The notes under the pieces were generated by a model. The model was not told where the DNA came from. It did no database searches and saw only the letters and a list, made by a program, of their open reading frames with translations. Both the position numbers and the translations under genes were made by a program. DNA of 64,000 nt from Botryllus schlosseri. Its lineage: Eukaryota. The stretch covers positions 2,358,001 to 2,422,000 of the forward strand of contig CM119371.1 of assembly GCA_051294905.1 (NCBI GenBank), written 5' to 3'. Position 1 is the stretch's first letter, and every line of letters begins with the position of its first letter. Shown here piece after piece: positions 23,051-36,121 of this stretch.

Positions 23051-26000
23051 CCCCCCCCCCATTCCTTCCATCAGTTCCGCCACACACAGATAATCCTACC
23101 CCACTTGGGAGGGGGTGCCGAAGGGTGTCGAAAATTATTTCGTGGAAGAACATTAATGATACGCTCTATATTTGAAAGTTTTTGCAACTTTTTAATCTTT
23201 CTCGCGCTGGGCGCGATTTCATGTAGATAAATGTTTTGATTATCAGCCACCCTTCCTCCACGATAAATACGCATCATTTATGGAAGTAGACATTTAAGGG
23301 TTGGCCATTAACACGCCACGATGTATGAAGACATATGAAGTTTGGGCCAACATGGGTCTCAGAGAAGTGTGCCAAAAAGATCGTCAGCGAGAAAGCATTA
23401 TCCGAAAGAGGATTGCCCTTATGTAGATCGTAAACTTCGTTATAAAAATGTCTTTGTCCGGGTGCCTAAATTGCTGGCGCCGAATACAATCTGGACGCTG
23501 ACAATCTGGACCTCACATGACAAATGACATCTCATCCCAAATAATTGTTTGACAGTGAAGAAATACCAATTTTGAATCGTGTGCTTTTTTTAGTTTAGTA
23601 GCCTACATATAGGCGAGTTCAATATCTTTTGATTACATAGCGCGCATGAAGTCAAGAAATAACAACATGTAGCTAAGTAATTCGTTGAACCGATAGCAGA
23701 CGATATAGATAATAATAAGATCTTGGTTGCTTTCACACCTTATCTAACGTCCACTTGCAAAGTAATAAATATATTTATTATACGAGCTTTCGGAGCGCCG
23801 CTCCTTCATCAGGTGTTAAAGTGAAAGTAACGCAAAAGATTTTGAATCCAAACATATACGCATATTGTGACATCATAGACAAAAGTACTTTCAGATCAGA
23901 AAAATGTGTACAATTATGACGTCATAAACAGGAAACTCGAAGTTCATATTTTAAACGGCTACAGCAAGTTGTGGCACTGAAAATGAGATTTGATTGAGTG
24001 TTTACAGTAATTGAATGCACACCCGCCGAATATATCAACTGTAGCTTCGCATGGTGTAATGTGACATGGAGCCTCGATCTATATTTAGCCCTTGATGGAA
24101 CATGTTAAATATGTCGATGTATTTTTGTTCTGTGGCCTTGCGCATGATTGAGTTCTCGATGTTCGCGGCCAACACGTTGATTATCATATCATTTTCTTAG
24201 TGTCCTGCTGAAGAAAAGTGCTCATCGACAGGCTTCGATCTGTTGCATTTAGAAATGTCGTGTCGATGCTGACATTCTCTTATGGAGTGGTTGACCAGTT
24301 TCTCCAACGTACCAGGCATTGCCACATCCGTTTCGGCAACGAATTAAATATATCAAGTCATTGGACTTGCATGTGTAGCTACGTAATTGCACCAACGGGC
24401 CCGCCCGATTATGTTCATTTGTTCAATTATTAATTACGTGCCCTTAATATTCCTAGACAATACCTCACTCAGCTCTACAGGTAAATCTGATTACGTGGAC
24501 TGAGAGGATACAAAATTTATAGCAATATATAAGCAATTACCAATACTATTGACCGAATCAATCATTAATCATACAAAATTTTACGTGGTCGCATCTGAGT
24601 TGAAATTACATAGGTCAAAAGTGCTACATTCGGTCAAAGTTGGCGGTCACCGGATAGATATATGATTCTTGATTGTATCAATGTGAGGCGTGATGCTATG
24701 TAACAGTCACTGGATTAATGGCTTTTCCCTATACAAGAATAATATATTGCTCGGAGTGCAGTAGTCAACGCAGATGAATATAAAATGTGATCTAATATAG
24801 CCGCGGGTGTAATCATCCCCTTTCCGCATCCACACCAGTTTCGTTGCTAGCACCGACTAGCATCGCCATAGAAACTGCTTTACCGTCTGCGAAGTAACAC
24901 GTGCTAATGATAACAATATATCTCGTCGTAATTCTCGACCTACGGACCATGTGACCTCAATCAGCTTTCCATGCCTTCGTAAGTTTGTAGCAATTCCATA
25001 AATGATTGTAATCACCCTATCATCGTCACCAGAAACGCATAGTTGAAAACGTGTGATATCAACCCAGAGTACGTTTAACAATAAATTCAACTGAAGTAGC
25101 TCATCTCATCCGCTCATACCATGCAGCAGTGTTGATTGAAAAATCGAGCTGGTTTATTCGTCATCACATACAAGGATAAAATGACTCTGCAAAGCTAACA
25201 TAAACAAATATTGATGATCAGGCTGAAATGTGGCGATATAGGATTGGAAAGCACCCAAGTGCAAATAGTTAATTAGTTGACTTGTTTGGCATTTCATAAC
25301 GTCACAATGCTGCGACAGGAGAATGTCAAATCAAACAGCTATCAAACATATTGTGGTATCAGCTATAAATACTCAGAGTGTCGGATTCGCATGAAGCCCC
25401 GGTTACAAAGCTCAGTATAGGCTTCAAACCCACAATCCTACATTATATGCGTTACATTAATACTTTCCATGGGTACAGATATTTAGTTTCCTTATATTAA
25501 AACAAGGTAAGAAGCAGTCTGATTCGGGTATCGATTACGGCCCCCGTCTGTTCAAGTCAAGGCAAGGGCAACATTACATATATTGAATGACTGATGTTGA
25601 AGTGATCAGAGGGTATAACGTCATCATCGTTGCTCATTATGGCAGACTAGGGAGTGATATTCACATTTGCGTCTGGTTATAATGAAGCCTCCACAGGCAC
25701 TTATCAATCACGCATTGAACAGAATTGCGTGACGGCAAATTCATTGGAGTGTCTTCCCAGCTACCTTAACGTCTCGATTGTTTGCAGTGGCTGAAAAACA
25801 AGGCAGCGATGTAATGCCAAATTGTTAACTACATGCACAGTACACACGTTTGGAGATTATACACAACTCCAGTAAATTGCAAAACAAAAATGCAACGTGA
25901 TAAGTTGCCTCATCAAGATTGAGCTTTATAATAGGCCACACACTGAATTTTACAACGAATCAATAAAACGAAAAGGCAGATGTTATCGTAACTATATGCT

Positions 26001-26899
26001 CCCTCACACAGCGTTTAAATACGATTTATCAATATCAATATTTATCAGTATCTAGTTGAATTATTTGAAATTAATCGGGAAACAATATAAAGTTAACGTT
26101 ACGCGATCAAAATATTCTCAGATATATTGAGCGGACAGTCAACATTTTACTAATTGAGTTATGTGAACACGTTATCAAGGAGGATTCTGAATCCGTTGCT
26201 ACTCACATAGACGTTTAAAAATGTATCAGAAAGCGCGTTACGAAGTGAAAATCTATTACGACATGAATTGAATTAGTGAGGGAAAGATCATAGGCCGCAG
26301 TATCCGTTTGGCGACTGTCCTGTCCAGTATTTACCCGTTCGCGTGAAATATAACACAACAGAAAGAGAAATGCGTTCTATATTCAATACTCACTTTTTGT
26401 CATGGAAATGGAGTCGGCGTGGCGATCCAAATTTATACGCTATTGTACGCAGAATTCAGCAGCTATGTGGAATACTCTTCAATACGCAGAACGAATCGTT
26501 CGATGAAAACACTGATTGGGAAGTAACTCATTCACGCATGTTTGCATCTTAAACGTTTCTTATAAGATTCGTGTTTATAGGATTCATGCTAATATACTTG
26601 TCATGAAACTTTAGGGCCATGAGGTGCTAATACATCTTCTGCATCATTCTACATCATCTGCTAGTCCATCGTCCAAAGTAACGTCCTTTTACAATAACCT
26701 GCTAATACGCTGAAACTAATCTTTTAATCACTCGGTGACAGCGGACATGAGACCTTACCAGTTGATGGCACGCAATTGGTCACGCGTACGTATACAATAC
26801 TAAAGTCATCGACCTAATTCAACATTGTGAATTGTGCCTATCTCTGTAAGAAAGGCGGCATGTTAAATTTTTTGTGATAAAAGTAGGCTATTCCTAAGC

Positions 26900-27790
26900 T
26901 ACAGATCGATCTGTATATTTTGCGAATTCGGTAGCCTTTGGGAGACAAAATCCGACTTTTCAAACGCCAGTACCAGACCAACCCCGGGTCCCAAGCCGTT
27001 GAATCGGATATTATCGCGTTCAGTTCGACGAGAGGAAAACGGGGATAACTCTGTCGAACCCCTAAGACCAGCGGTTGTCGATCGGTATTTCGATCTCTGT
27101 TCTGATACCGACCGATTCAAAAACCAATTGCGTAACCCGTATTGGCGTACCATCACGGGTTTTTGGAAGAAAACTTTTTTCTACGCGTCCCAGCCCCATT
27201 TCCCTGGCATCGTTGGAATCGTAATCGAATTACGCGTCTGCCGGTACCAAATTTATCCGGCTACGATATTCGGTTGGCTAGAAATCGGTGATTAAAAAAA
27301 ACTGAAAAAAGCGCTATACACTGTTTTTTGAAGGCCGATCCCGAGTCGGCTGAAAGTCCGATACGATCGTATCGGGTATCGGTCTACGCGGGGCCCGAAG
27401 ACGAACGCAGCGGTACCTCGTATGGCCCAGTGGTGTGAACGACCGAGACGGAACCTCGGATAGCCCGCCTATGAAAAACGTGAACTTCTCGGATGATCCA
27501 CCGATCGAGGATAATCCGAGTATTATAATCGAAAAACTCACATAACTCCGCTTCTACTGGTCGGAATTGAGTCAAATTTGTTTTGGATCGTCTCTGAAAA
27601 CAGCTCAACAATTTCATGGGGTTGGCAGAAAAATTTGATTTTTTTTTAAATTTTACCTAATAAATTAAAAATTCTAATTTGATCTGCGGAGTCCTATGCT
27701 TGTTAGAATTGAACCAAATTTGGTGTGCAGTGTTTTTTTAGAGTAAGCTGACAATTTAATAAGTGAATGGCTGGAATCCGGAATTATTTT
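26900..27790. repeat. CpG-rich interspersed repeat or non-autonomous element
   Basis: The right part is homologous to 8918-9810. Abrupt GC/CpG increase relative to the flanks; no credible protein. Confidence 0.55.
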
Positions 27791-30700
27791 TTATGACATT
27801 TATGATCAGTGCGGGATTTGGAGCACAGGCCTGCAGACATGGGCGGAGCCTGGAGCCTATTAAATCATATTACGTCGCGTGCAATACCTCGGTTAGTAGT
27901 TAGATAAATGTGCGGAATCCCCTCATTCGCGATTTATAATAAACAAACAAAGATTATCAATATAATAAGTAATTAAAGAATTAGCTCATCCTCAATTTTG
28001 CAGCAATACTTTTATGACCCTGTGTGCGGCAATCAAAAAGGGGGGAATAATTAACGATAGAGAGAAAACGAACAAAGAATCTTGATTGACCTTTGTACTC
28101 AGACATGAGACTTGAGTCATTTTACTTGTACTTTTCCACTCGCCTCCTGATTCTACCTGCCTTTATTCTGGGGTTTGCGAATATGTTGAATGTAATCAGC
28201 TTCCAAAATATCGATTGACCTTTGTACTCCGGTCAGACACGAAACTTAGGATTTATTATAATACATTGTAATTTTACTGTATTTTTCCACGATCCACAGC
28301 TGACTTCGGTCGTACACGACGGAGTTTCATAGTAGTTGTATGCCCTGACCTGTTGTTCCGTGGTCCAATTTCGTGGCTTGGGAACAATAGCTCGTCAAAC
28401 TGTTTGACTTGTCGTTCCGCGGTTGATTCAATTTCGTGTACGGTGGGTCATAGGAATAATTGCTGGTCGTGACGTCACTATAGTTTTCTCCTAATCCGTG
28501 AGATCCTGGTGTGTGTTTTAGATGTCAATAGGCTCGGCTGTACAAAGGGACGCTTGTCTGTCTCATACTGTCGTACTTGACTCCTTTGATTTGTTGTCGA
28601 CCCAGACAGTAACGAGAAATGTTCTGTTATGGTTATAAATATGCGTGTCATATCGAGAACAACAAGGAATGTGGTGTAATGGAAATGTGTATTAGGCGCC
28701 CAAGCGTAGATTAACTTAGATAAAGTAACATTATGAGTATAAAAAGTAATTAAAGAAATAGCTGATTCTCAATTTGGCTTACATCAACGTGTTAACTCCC
28801 GATATTACGTACCTAGTAATTGGTGCAAGCAACAACTGCTGTTCCACACCTTTACCGCGTTCTAGCGTCTTAGGACAGACAGTCCCAACCAAACAATGTA
28901 TTTATGATGGGTTCTTTTACTGCTTCACGTCTGGTCAAGCGTAATCATGCCGGTGTCTGTGAATGATATACAATTTACCGCGGCATATTATTTTGTATGC
29001 TGTACAAGTGTACATGATGTAGGCTACAACTTGAATCGATCAGTTGGCGAACTAATGCTTTACCCTTCTGTACGATATATATCGATCGCGAGCTCACCAC
29101 GCACTTGTCGTTCGAGAGCGACTAATTTCGCTATAGACAATCAGCTGTGCTCGCGTGTGCCGTAACATATCCTCAACACATGTTATGCCAACACCTCCAA
29201 AGCATATTTGCAGTATCATACTACGACTCGGCGGAGTGTTCCCGTCAGAGAATTGCTGCGTCACGCCTTCGAGCCTCGCATTTCCCGTTCGCACTCGGTA
29301 ACTGCGAGTACGGTGTCAGATTCAATTGTATAGTGACGAATCGGGGTAGCTCGCTTCATCAGGGATCAGTGGACTGACCTTATTTGGCTGAAACGCGCTC
29401 GGTGGTGCAATAATGGGAATGAAATGTAACAGATCATACGTGATGCGATCTATAGCCTGCTTTCGGCGAGGTGTGAAGATGAGTGGGAGATTTCGAAATC
29501 GGAATCCACCGCGACTAGGGTTGCCAAATCAAAGTCCAAAAAATCCGGCTGGCACGTAAAGTCCTGGTATTTCCATATATTGGGCTGGTAAAATGTGGCA
29601 TAAATCCGACTCTCAAAAACACTTGGCCGCATTCGGCGTGGCTTTAACCAAAACTGATGAAATCTGCGCCGGAAACTAATCGAACTAGGAGATCAATCAC
29701 GACGACGGGCAACTAGTCCCAATTGGCGGAATACTGTCTGATTCATCTGTATAATCAGGTTTAGCACCACAAGAAGTATATTAGTAGTTTATGAATGAAT
29801 ACAATCTTATCCATCAAACAACAAACAAATAACATCCATTCAAAAGTCACTTGACAAAATTTATCAACCCCCGTATATTAATCGACGTTGTCAACTGGTT
29901 TGCGTTGTCTAATTTACTTTCTGCATCCACTTCACTGCTCCACACCAGGTGTATACTCGAGTAAACATATTTATTTAGGCGTATAGCACGCAGTGGGGTC
30001 CCTATGGATCACGTTTCAACACTGTATTGGTGGGCACCCAAAAAGCCTTCATAGGCGGTCATGTGACGTTGAAGGAATAACGAAATGGCACGTTAGCGCA
30101 TGTGTTTTCACAGATCATCGGCTTACCTACGAGCAAAAGCGACGTTTGCCATATAGAGGGTGCGGTAAACGATCGGTTACGGTCCGGAATGAGATGTGGT
30201 AAACGTATATTGTGCTGAACGCATCAAATTTGTCCCCATGTCTATTTATGACCAGACTCGATGATAACAAACATTCAAAGGCATGAAAGTGACTTTGTGA
30301 ATTTCCGCTTTAGTAAGTTTACCAAAGCCATATGAGGGCGTGCAAATAGGCCAGGCGTCAATTTCTATATTCTACACAAGACCGAGTGATCACTATTACG
30401 ACGTTTGGCATTGGCACTCCAAACAGTGAGATAGACTGATGCTAACAGAGGTCTTGGAAGGCCAAGAACCGCAACTGAGCAACACCGTTCAAAATGCTTC
30501 GTATCCGGTTCGCACCCGTGTCATTACAGAAGTTGGGTGACCTCGGTATTATCGGGTCTATCGAATACCTGTGAATGTCGGTGTGGCCATTAGATTTGTC
30601 TTTGCTATTTGTTGCTTCCAGTCTTTGTCTGAATAATTATGCCGCTCTGCATCACATTGCCAGTAGAGAGAAAAAAGTTGCCGTATCGGTGTTATCGAAA

Positions 30701-30959
30701 ATACCCACCGCGCAAGGTCACCTGTTTCGGTTGCCCAATGTACATTCGTTGGTCGAGAGTGTCTCATACTGAGTCGTCGGTGGATTGGCGCAACAGTGTG
30801 ACAATTCGGTTTGTTTACTAGTACGCTTTGTTGCCTGTAGTGTCGTTAGAAAACAACTTTAATGAATTGATATCTCTGTCGATTTAGGGTATCGGGCTTA
30901 TAGACCACTATGAAACCTTATTCCAGTATTGTACCGTGTGTTAATTGATTAGAGAGAAG

Positions 30960-33900
30960 CAGACATGGGGTAATCGCGATTAGTAATCGTAATCGATTAC
31001 GACGATTACAGCATTTTCAAGTAATCGTAATCGCAATCGATTACATTCGAAAAAATTCCGAAGTAATCGTAATCGTAATCGACTACTTCCCATATCTAAT
31101 CGATTTTTTTGTGAAAGAACGATTACTTTTTATTCGTACAAGGACTATGAAATGAACTGAATATTCGTGAACAAGGAAGAGATGTTATAGTTATACCAAT
31201 TACGTGATAGCACAAACGTCTTATTTTCAAATGCCATTGCTCATTATTACGTCAGAAGTAGCCTATCAGCTTTGCTAGTCATTGCGTAACAAGTATCCAC
31301 AGTAAATAGATATTCGATGTAAGTACATTAGTGTGATTGTAAGAACACCCGCCGTGCTGTTTATCAGCTTATCAACACGTTCCACACGCCACTGCAGCAG
31401 GATAATTATTCACCACTTGCCTAGTTTAAAATAGTAACTTGTGTATTGATGTTTGGATTTGCTTAGTTAGACGCAGTCTGACCGTTACTGATTGGCGAGC
31501 AGTAGGCCCATGTAGTACGTATGTACGACCGTACACCGGACAAAGATTTGAAATTTTGTACTCGTCAAATAAAACGAAGCATTAAACATCAACAGCTACT
31601 GTTTATTATCATAACCGAGCCGTTTTTGCCGTTTTTCGTAACGGCCGCTTGCATAGTACATTATCTGTATTAAGTTGAAGGCAGAGTTTTATGTTCTCTT
31701 CATCTTATTCTCATATGACTCTTCTTGAAACGGGTGCCAATCGTTATTTCACTATCCTTTACTCAACATAGGGACCTGCCGTCATAGCCATGGGCTTATA
31801 TATCATGTTAGCGTGGGATATAGTTAGAATCAGAACCAAAACAGTAATTCGTCTCCCAGTCCAAACGTTGGTCTTTGGCCCCCATAGGGTGATATTTTCA
31901 AGTTGAAGACTGAATGCCGTCAATAACATTATATTGGTAATTGCATTATATTATTATTAATTTTTAATCCTATCTCTGCCCCCGATGGTCAGATTTACGT
32001 TCAGGTATCTTGTTATAATTAATTTGGTGTATGTTGTTAATTCATGGCATTCGGTATGCTATATAATCAAAAGATATTGTTGTATCCAAAACGTAGCAGA
32101 CTAAAAGCAGACTTTTGTTAGACGCACACACAAATTGTCATGTCTTTAATGCTCTGTGGGTGCCCAGGAGTGGCATTTGCATGGTGGGCTCAGATTGGAA
32201 GGACCAGACTATTAGTCACGCCCATCCAGCGCGGCGATTGACAATGGGCACATACCCTAGGTTTGGGCCAAGGTCTTTCTTTAGTAGCACACTTCGTGAA
32301 GTCGCGTGTTGGTCGAAACTGCATATGTCTTTGGTGTGTCGTGGCACGTTATTGATTGGAACCTAAATCCCTATTACTATAAATCAGGGGTCGCCAACTC
32401 AAAATGGGTCGCGGGCCACTTTTCCAAATTCCTAGAGGCCGCGGGCCGCATGACATCAATATCGAGATAAAAGTAGGCAACGCAGTTCAACAACCACGTC
32501 TGATAACTCTACGTTATTACAATGTTGTGCTCTCTAACCGGGGCGACGGCTATAGTCACCACAAAAGAAATATTTTTTTATTGAACTAACACAAATACAA
32601 CAAAAAGTATCATGATAATCAATTTCATTACATTTTGAACTATGAGCTGTACACGATACCTGACAACACGCTGTAGCCGCTAAAACAGGGGTGGCCATGA
32701 TTTTTGCTATTCACGGCCGCATTTCGATTACTCATGCAGCCTGCGGCCGCATACCGGTGGATATTCGTGATAAACTATAACTGGGGTCAAATACCCACGT
32801 TAAACTGTCCATGTCCATTGCCGGTACACTCCCAACTCATCTATTTACGCATATCGGCTTACTATGCGCACTGAAATCGCTAGTAGTTATGTTGTAAAGA
32901 GCCACATGAAACCATTCTGTAGTCGCGCGAAGCGCGAAAATTTTTTATGTTCATGAGTGAATTTCGTCAATAAATATTAGTATCGTTTCACATATTACTA
33001 TAAAATACTTATCCTTTCTCGGCCAATGTGATCAGATTCACCGATACAGCTGATGCAGGGGGTATCTTCGAAAACTTAGGGTAGTTGTTGAAAGTGTCGA
33101 CAGCCGCATAATTTCCCTTCTACTGCCGCAGATTGACCACCCTTGGATTAAAGAATCAATATTGGGGTTAGCTAGACACGGTAGGCCTATTTGGTAGACA
33201 ACTGTCTCCTCGTAAAGCACGGTGTTCTGGAGAGCCCGAAGTCGTTTTTCAAGCGTCTCGGTCTTGGCAGTGGTGGGCCATTGCACGTCAAGGCAATATG
33301 CACATTCGTACCAGCAAATTGTTCATCCATGGAATGATATTACCATGCCGAAGCCGTATCAACTAGTGAGTAATAGTGATATTGGGCACATAGAATGACT
33401 TACTTTGAAAAACAACAACAATATGTTTCAAAATGATTTACTAAACGTTTTTCTGAAATTTTTTCAAATCAGGTCGCGGGCCGCAAAATATGACCTCGCG
33501 GGCCGCATGCGGCCCGCGGGCCGCGTGTTGGAGACCCCTACTATGAATTAAGGCTGCTTTTAAAACAAAAATCAATTTAAAGCAAACATGTTTAAAAGAC
33601 GGCCATTGTTTAAAACATGTTTTTTATTGTTTCTTTTTTAAGCAATGACGTCACGAATGTGAATTGACATTGACAATTGAAAATATAGGGTAAATATAGC
33701 TTCTTTGACGAAATATCTTTAATATAAGTGTTGAACCGACTATTTTGAGGGGTTCCAACCCCCTATATCGATATATGTCGGCTAAATCGAGCGACAATTG
33801 TCCATAGGCTCATACAACATGTCTTTTCGAAAGCATTACACAAATATGGCATAATTTTACAACTTGAAAAAACACAATTTTCAAGTTAATTAAATCTCTC

Positions 33901-34341
33901 GAAAATACTCTATAATTTATGGTGGTTTACGAAATACTTTTCAGTCCCTTCGAGCTCGCTCCCCATCCTATTGGGAAATTTGGGGTACGGCAGTCATTGA
34001 CCTGGCAAGAATGCAAATAGCTGGGTGCGATTAATCGTCCATTATAAAAATGGGCAATATGTACATTATGACGTAACAAGCAAATGACGCATCTTTTTCA
34101 GGGAAGTTTGTCATCTCATTAGGCCTTTTCAGCGCAATCCATATATTGTCTTCCAATATAATCTCTAAGATGCAAAATAAATGTAATCGCGAGTAATCGT
34201 GATTACTTTTCCAATGTAATCGTAATCGTAATCGACTATTTGCTGATTTTGCTGTAATCGTAATCGTAATCGTAATCGCGTCATTCGGAAGTAATCGTAA
34301 TCGCAATCGATTACATTCATGAAGTAATCACCCCATGTCTG
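30960..34341. mobile_element. hAT-type element with (GTAATC)n subterminal arrays (outer shell of nest 3)
   Basis: TIR CAGACATGGGGT; TSD GAGAGAAG / CAGAGAAG (7/8). Inverted partial copy at ~54815-55110 and a fragment at ~61090-61155. Confidence 0.85.
32385..33540. mobile_element. hAT MITE nested in 30960-34341; same family as 58540-59629
   Basis: TIR CAGGGGTC(G/T)CCAAC; TSD CTATAAAT / CTATGAAT (7/8). Contains a further MITE at ~32686-33144. Confidence 0.85.
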
Positions 34342-34756
34342 CAGAGAAGCATACATTGCGGTGCCTGTATAAAAATACTGTTCTCAAATCCACTTTGTCC
34401 TAGTTAATATCGGCGAGATACGGCTTCGTAGTGACATTGCTGTTGTTAAAATACATTGATTGAATACGATTTAATCCTCGCATATGCTGATCGGTGGTCG
34501 AATAATGGATCGATTCCGCAATTCGCACCGCCGAGTATACCTAATTATGCTATACACGCCCCCGCGGACTGCAGAAGTTGGCCGCTCCTGGTATAACACA
34601 TATGTAAATGAGGCAATAGCGACAGCTAACGGTTGTCAATCACACATAAAAGTACAACTAACCAGTAATCGATACAGCTCGCAAGGATAAACTAGGAATA
34701 TATATGTGTGAGCTATGGTACAGGTTTAGACACAAAAAGCTCAGTCTTAGTACCCC

Positions 34757-35935
34757 ATGTTTATGAAAGAGCTTGGCATAACGTCAATGGAGAGATACTC
34801 TGATCCACCCGGAGAGAAACGAGTGTATATCGCTTCCGGTTCACACCGCAGTGAATTATACAGACTCGCCACGTTCGCCAAATTCTCTAGAATATCATAC
34901 GCAACACGCACCGATTTAGCGTCTGAAGGATACTACTGGCTAGGATTTAAAGACAAAATCAAATGCTGTGGATGCAGTGTGTACCTCGAAAGATGGACCG
35001 GGTCGAGTGCACGGCGTCATGACGCGAATTGTGTACGAGACGCGTTGAACATACCTATTGTGAAATCGAATTTCAAACGTTTATTGAGACAGTTTAAAGC
35101 CGTTGGAAACGCCAACATCAACTTTGCGAATATCCTTGATCAAGAGCACGAGTATCGGGTTAGGAATCTCGACTTGCGAAAGGAGTCGAAGCGTCGCGAA
35201 ACCTTTGAGAAATGGCCCAGCTATCCCATACCACGGGCGGTCGGCGAGTTGGCAAAACAAGGTTTATTCTACCTCGGTGACCTAGACAGAACGCAGTGCT
35301 TCAGTTGCTCCGGCGTTCTCCGCAATTGGAGGCCTACAGACGATGTATCTGAAATACACTTGACGTATCACCCGGATTGTTGTTTCGCACGTGGCGACGA
35401 TTCGGGGACTGTTGCGCTAACCAAGCACGAACGAGACAATTTGGATAAGTTGCTTGGCGACAAAATACGACGTCTCACTTTACATCTACAAGAACCACAG
35501 GAACCCTCAGAGGACGAAAAGCGATGTCTTGAGCAACTATTTCCTTGTCTTGAACCCGTGAATCCTCTCATGTCGTCGTTGTCAAAAAGAATCGCAACGT
35601 TCGACAGGGGCTGGGAACCGAATAAAATCAAGGCTAGTGTTGAACAGTTAGCAAAAGCGGGGTTTTACTACGTCGATTCGGACAGAACCAAATGCTTTTA
35701 CTGTGACGGCGGGCTTCGTTGGGACCGCGAAGACGAGGTTTGGACAGAACATGCTAAATGGTTTCCACAATGCGAATACGTACTCCGAACGAAAGGTATC
35801 GAGTTTGCGCAACGTATCGAAAAGACACACCCGAATCTCAATCGTCCTGTGATTAGAAACCCCATAACCAGACAAAAGTTGATCAAACGCCAAAAATTGG
35901 TCTACGGAAACGTCACTCGTGCGATCGATCTATGA
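34757..35935 (+). CDS. Inhibitor-of-apoptosis (IAP/BIRC) family protein, three BIR domains, no RING/UBA/CARD in the ORF
   Basis: Intact 392-aa ORF. BIR1: RLATF..LASEGYY..DKIKCCGC..W..H..C. BIR2: RRETFEKWP..LAKQGLFYLGDLDRTQCFSC-x16-H-x6-C. BIR3: RIATF..LAKAGFYY..DRTKCFYCDGGLRW..WTEHAKWFPQC. ATTAAA follows the stop. Confidence 0.95.
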   Translation: MFMKELGITSMERYSDPPGEKRVYIASGSHRSELYRLATFAKFSRISYATRTDLASEGYYWLGFKDKIKCCGCSVYLERWTGSSARRHDANCVRDALNIPIVKSNFKRLLRQFKAVGNANINFANILDQEHEYRVRNLDLRKESKRRETFEKWPSYPIPRAVGELAKQGLFYLGDLDRTQCFSCSGVLRNWRPTDDVSEIHLTYHPDCCFARGDDSGTVALTKHERDNLDKLLGDKIRRLTLHLQEPQEPSEDEKRCLEQLFPCLEPVNPLMSSLSKRIATFDRGWEPNKIKASVEQLAKAGFYYVDSDRTKCFYCDGGLRWDREDEVWTEHAKWFPQCEYVLRTKGIEFAQRIEKTHPNLNRPVIRNPITRQKLIKRQKLVYGNVTRAIDL

Positions 35936-35990
35936 ATTAAATAGAGGCGATAAAACGATTGTAGTGTATCAACACCTATTTACGAGACTT

Positions 35991-36121
35991 GTGTAACTGT
36001 GTCTTTTGTGCTGATAACACTACCGAAAAATTAAAATGAATTTCGTGAATTGTAAAATTATTTGGTGTAACTATGTCTTTTGTGCTGATAACAATACCGA
36101 CAAATTAGAATGAATTTCGTG
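35991..36121. repeat. Tandem duplication (~57 bp core, 74 bp period) in the presumptive IAP 3' UTR
   Basis: GTGTAACT(G/A)TGTCTTTTGTGCTGATAACA.TACCGA.AAATTA.AATGAATTTCGTG at 35991 and 36065. Confidence 0.9.

Noticed and set aside
30639..30821. KVTCFGCPMYIRW resembling a BIR fragment (second IAP relic)
   Set aside because: It lacks the R..TF, LA..GF and His/Cys ligands, and a short nucleotide match at 30504 is not at a consistent spacing; likely chance.
34031..34356. ORFs with RLRLRL / DYDYDY / ITITIT repeats (similar at 57526-57726)
   Set aside because: These are translations of GTAATC or GTAATT MITE arrays.
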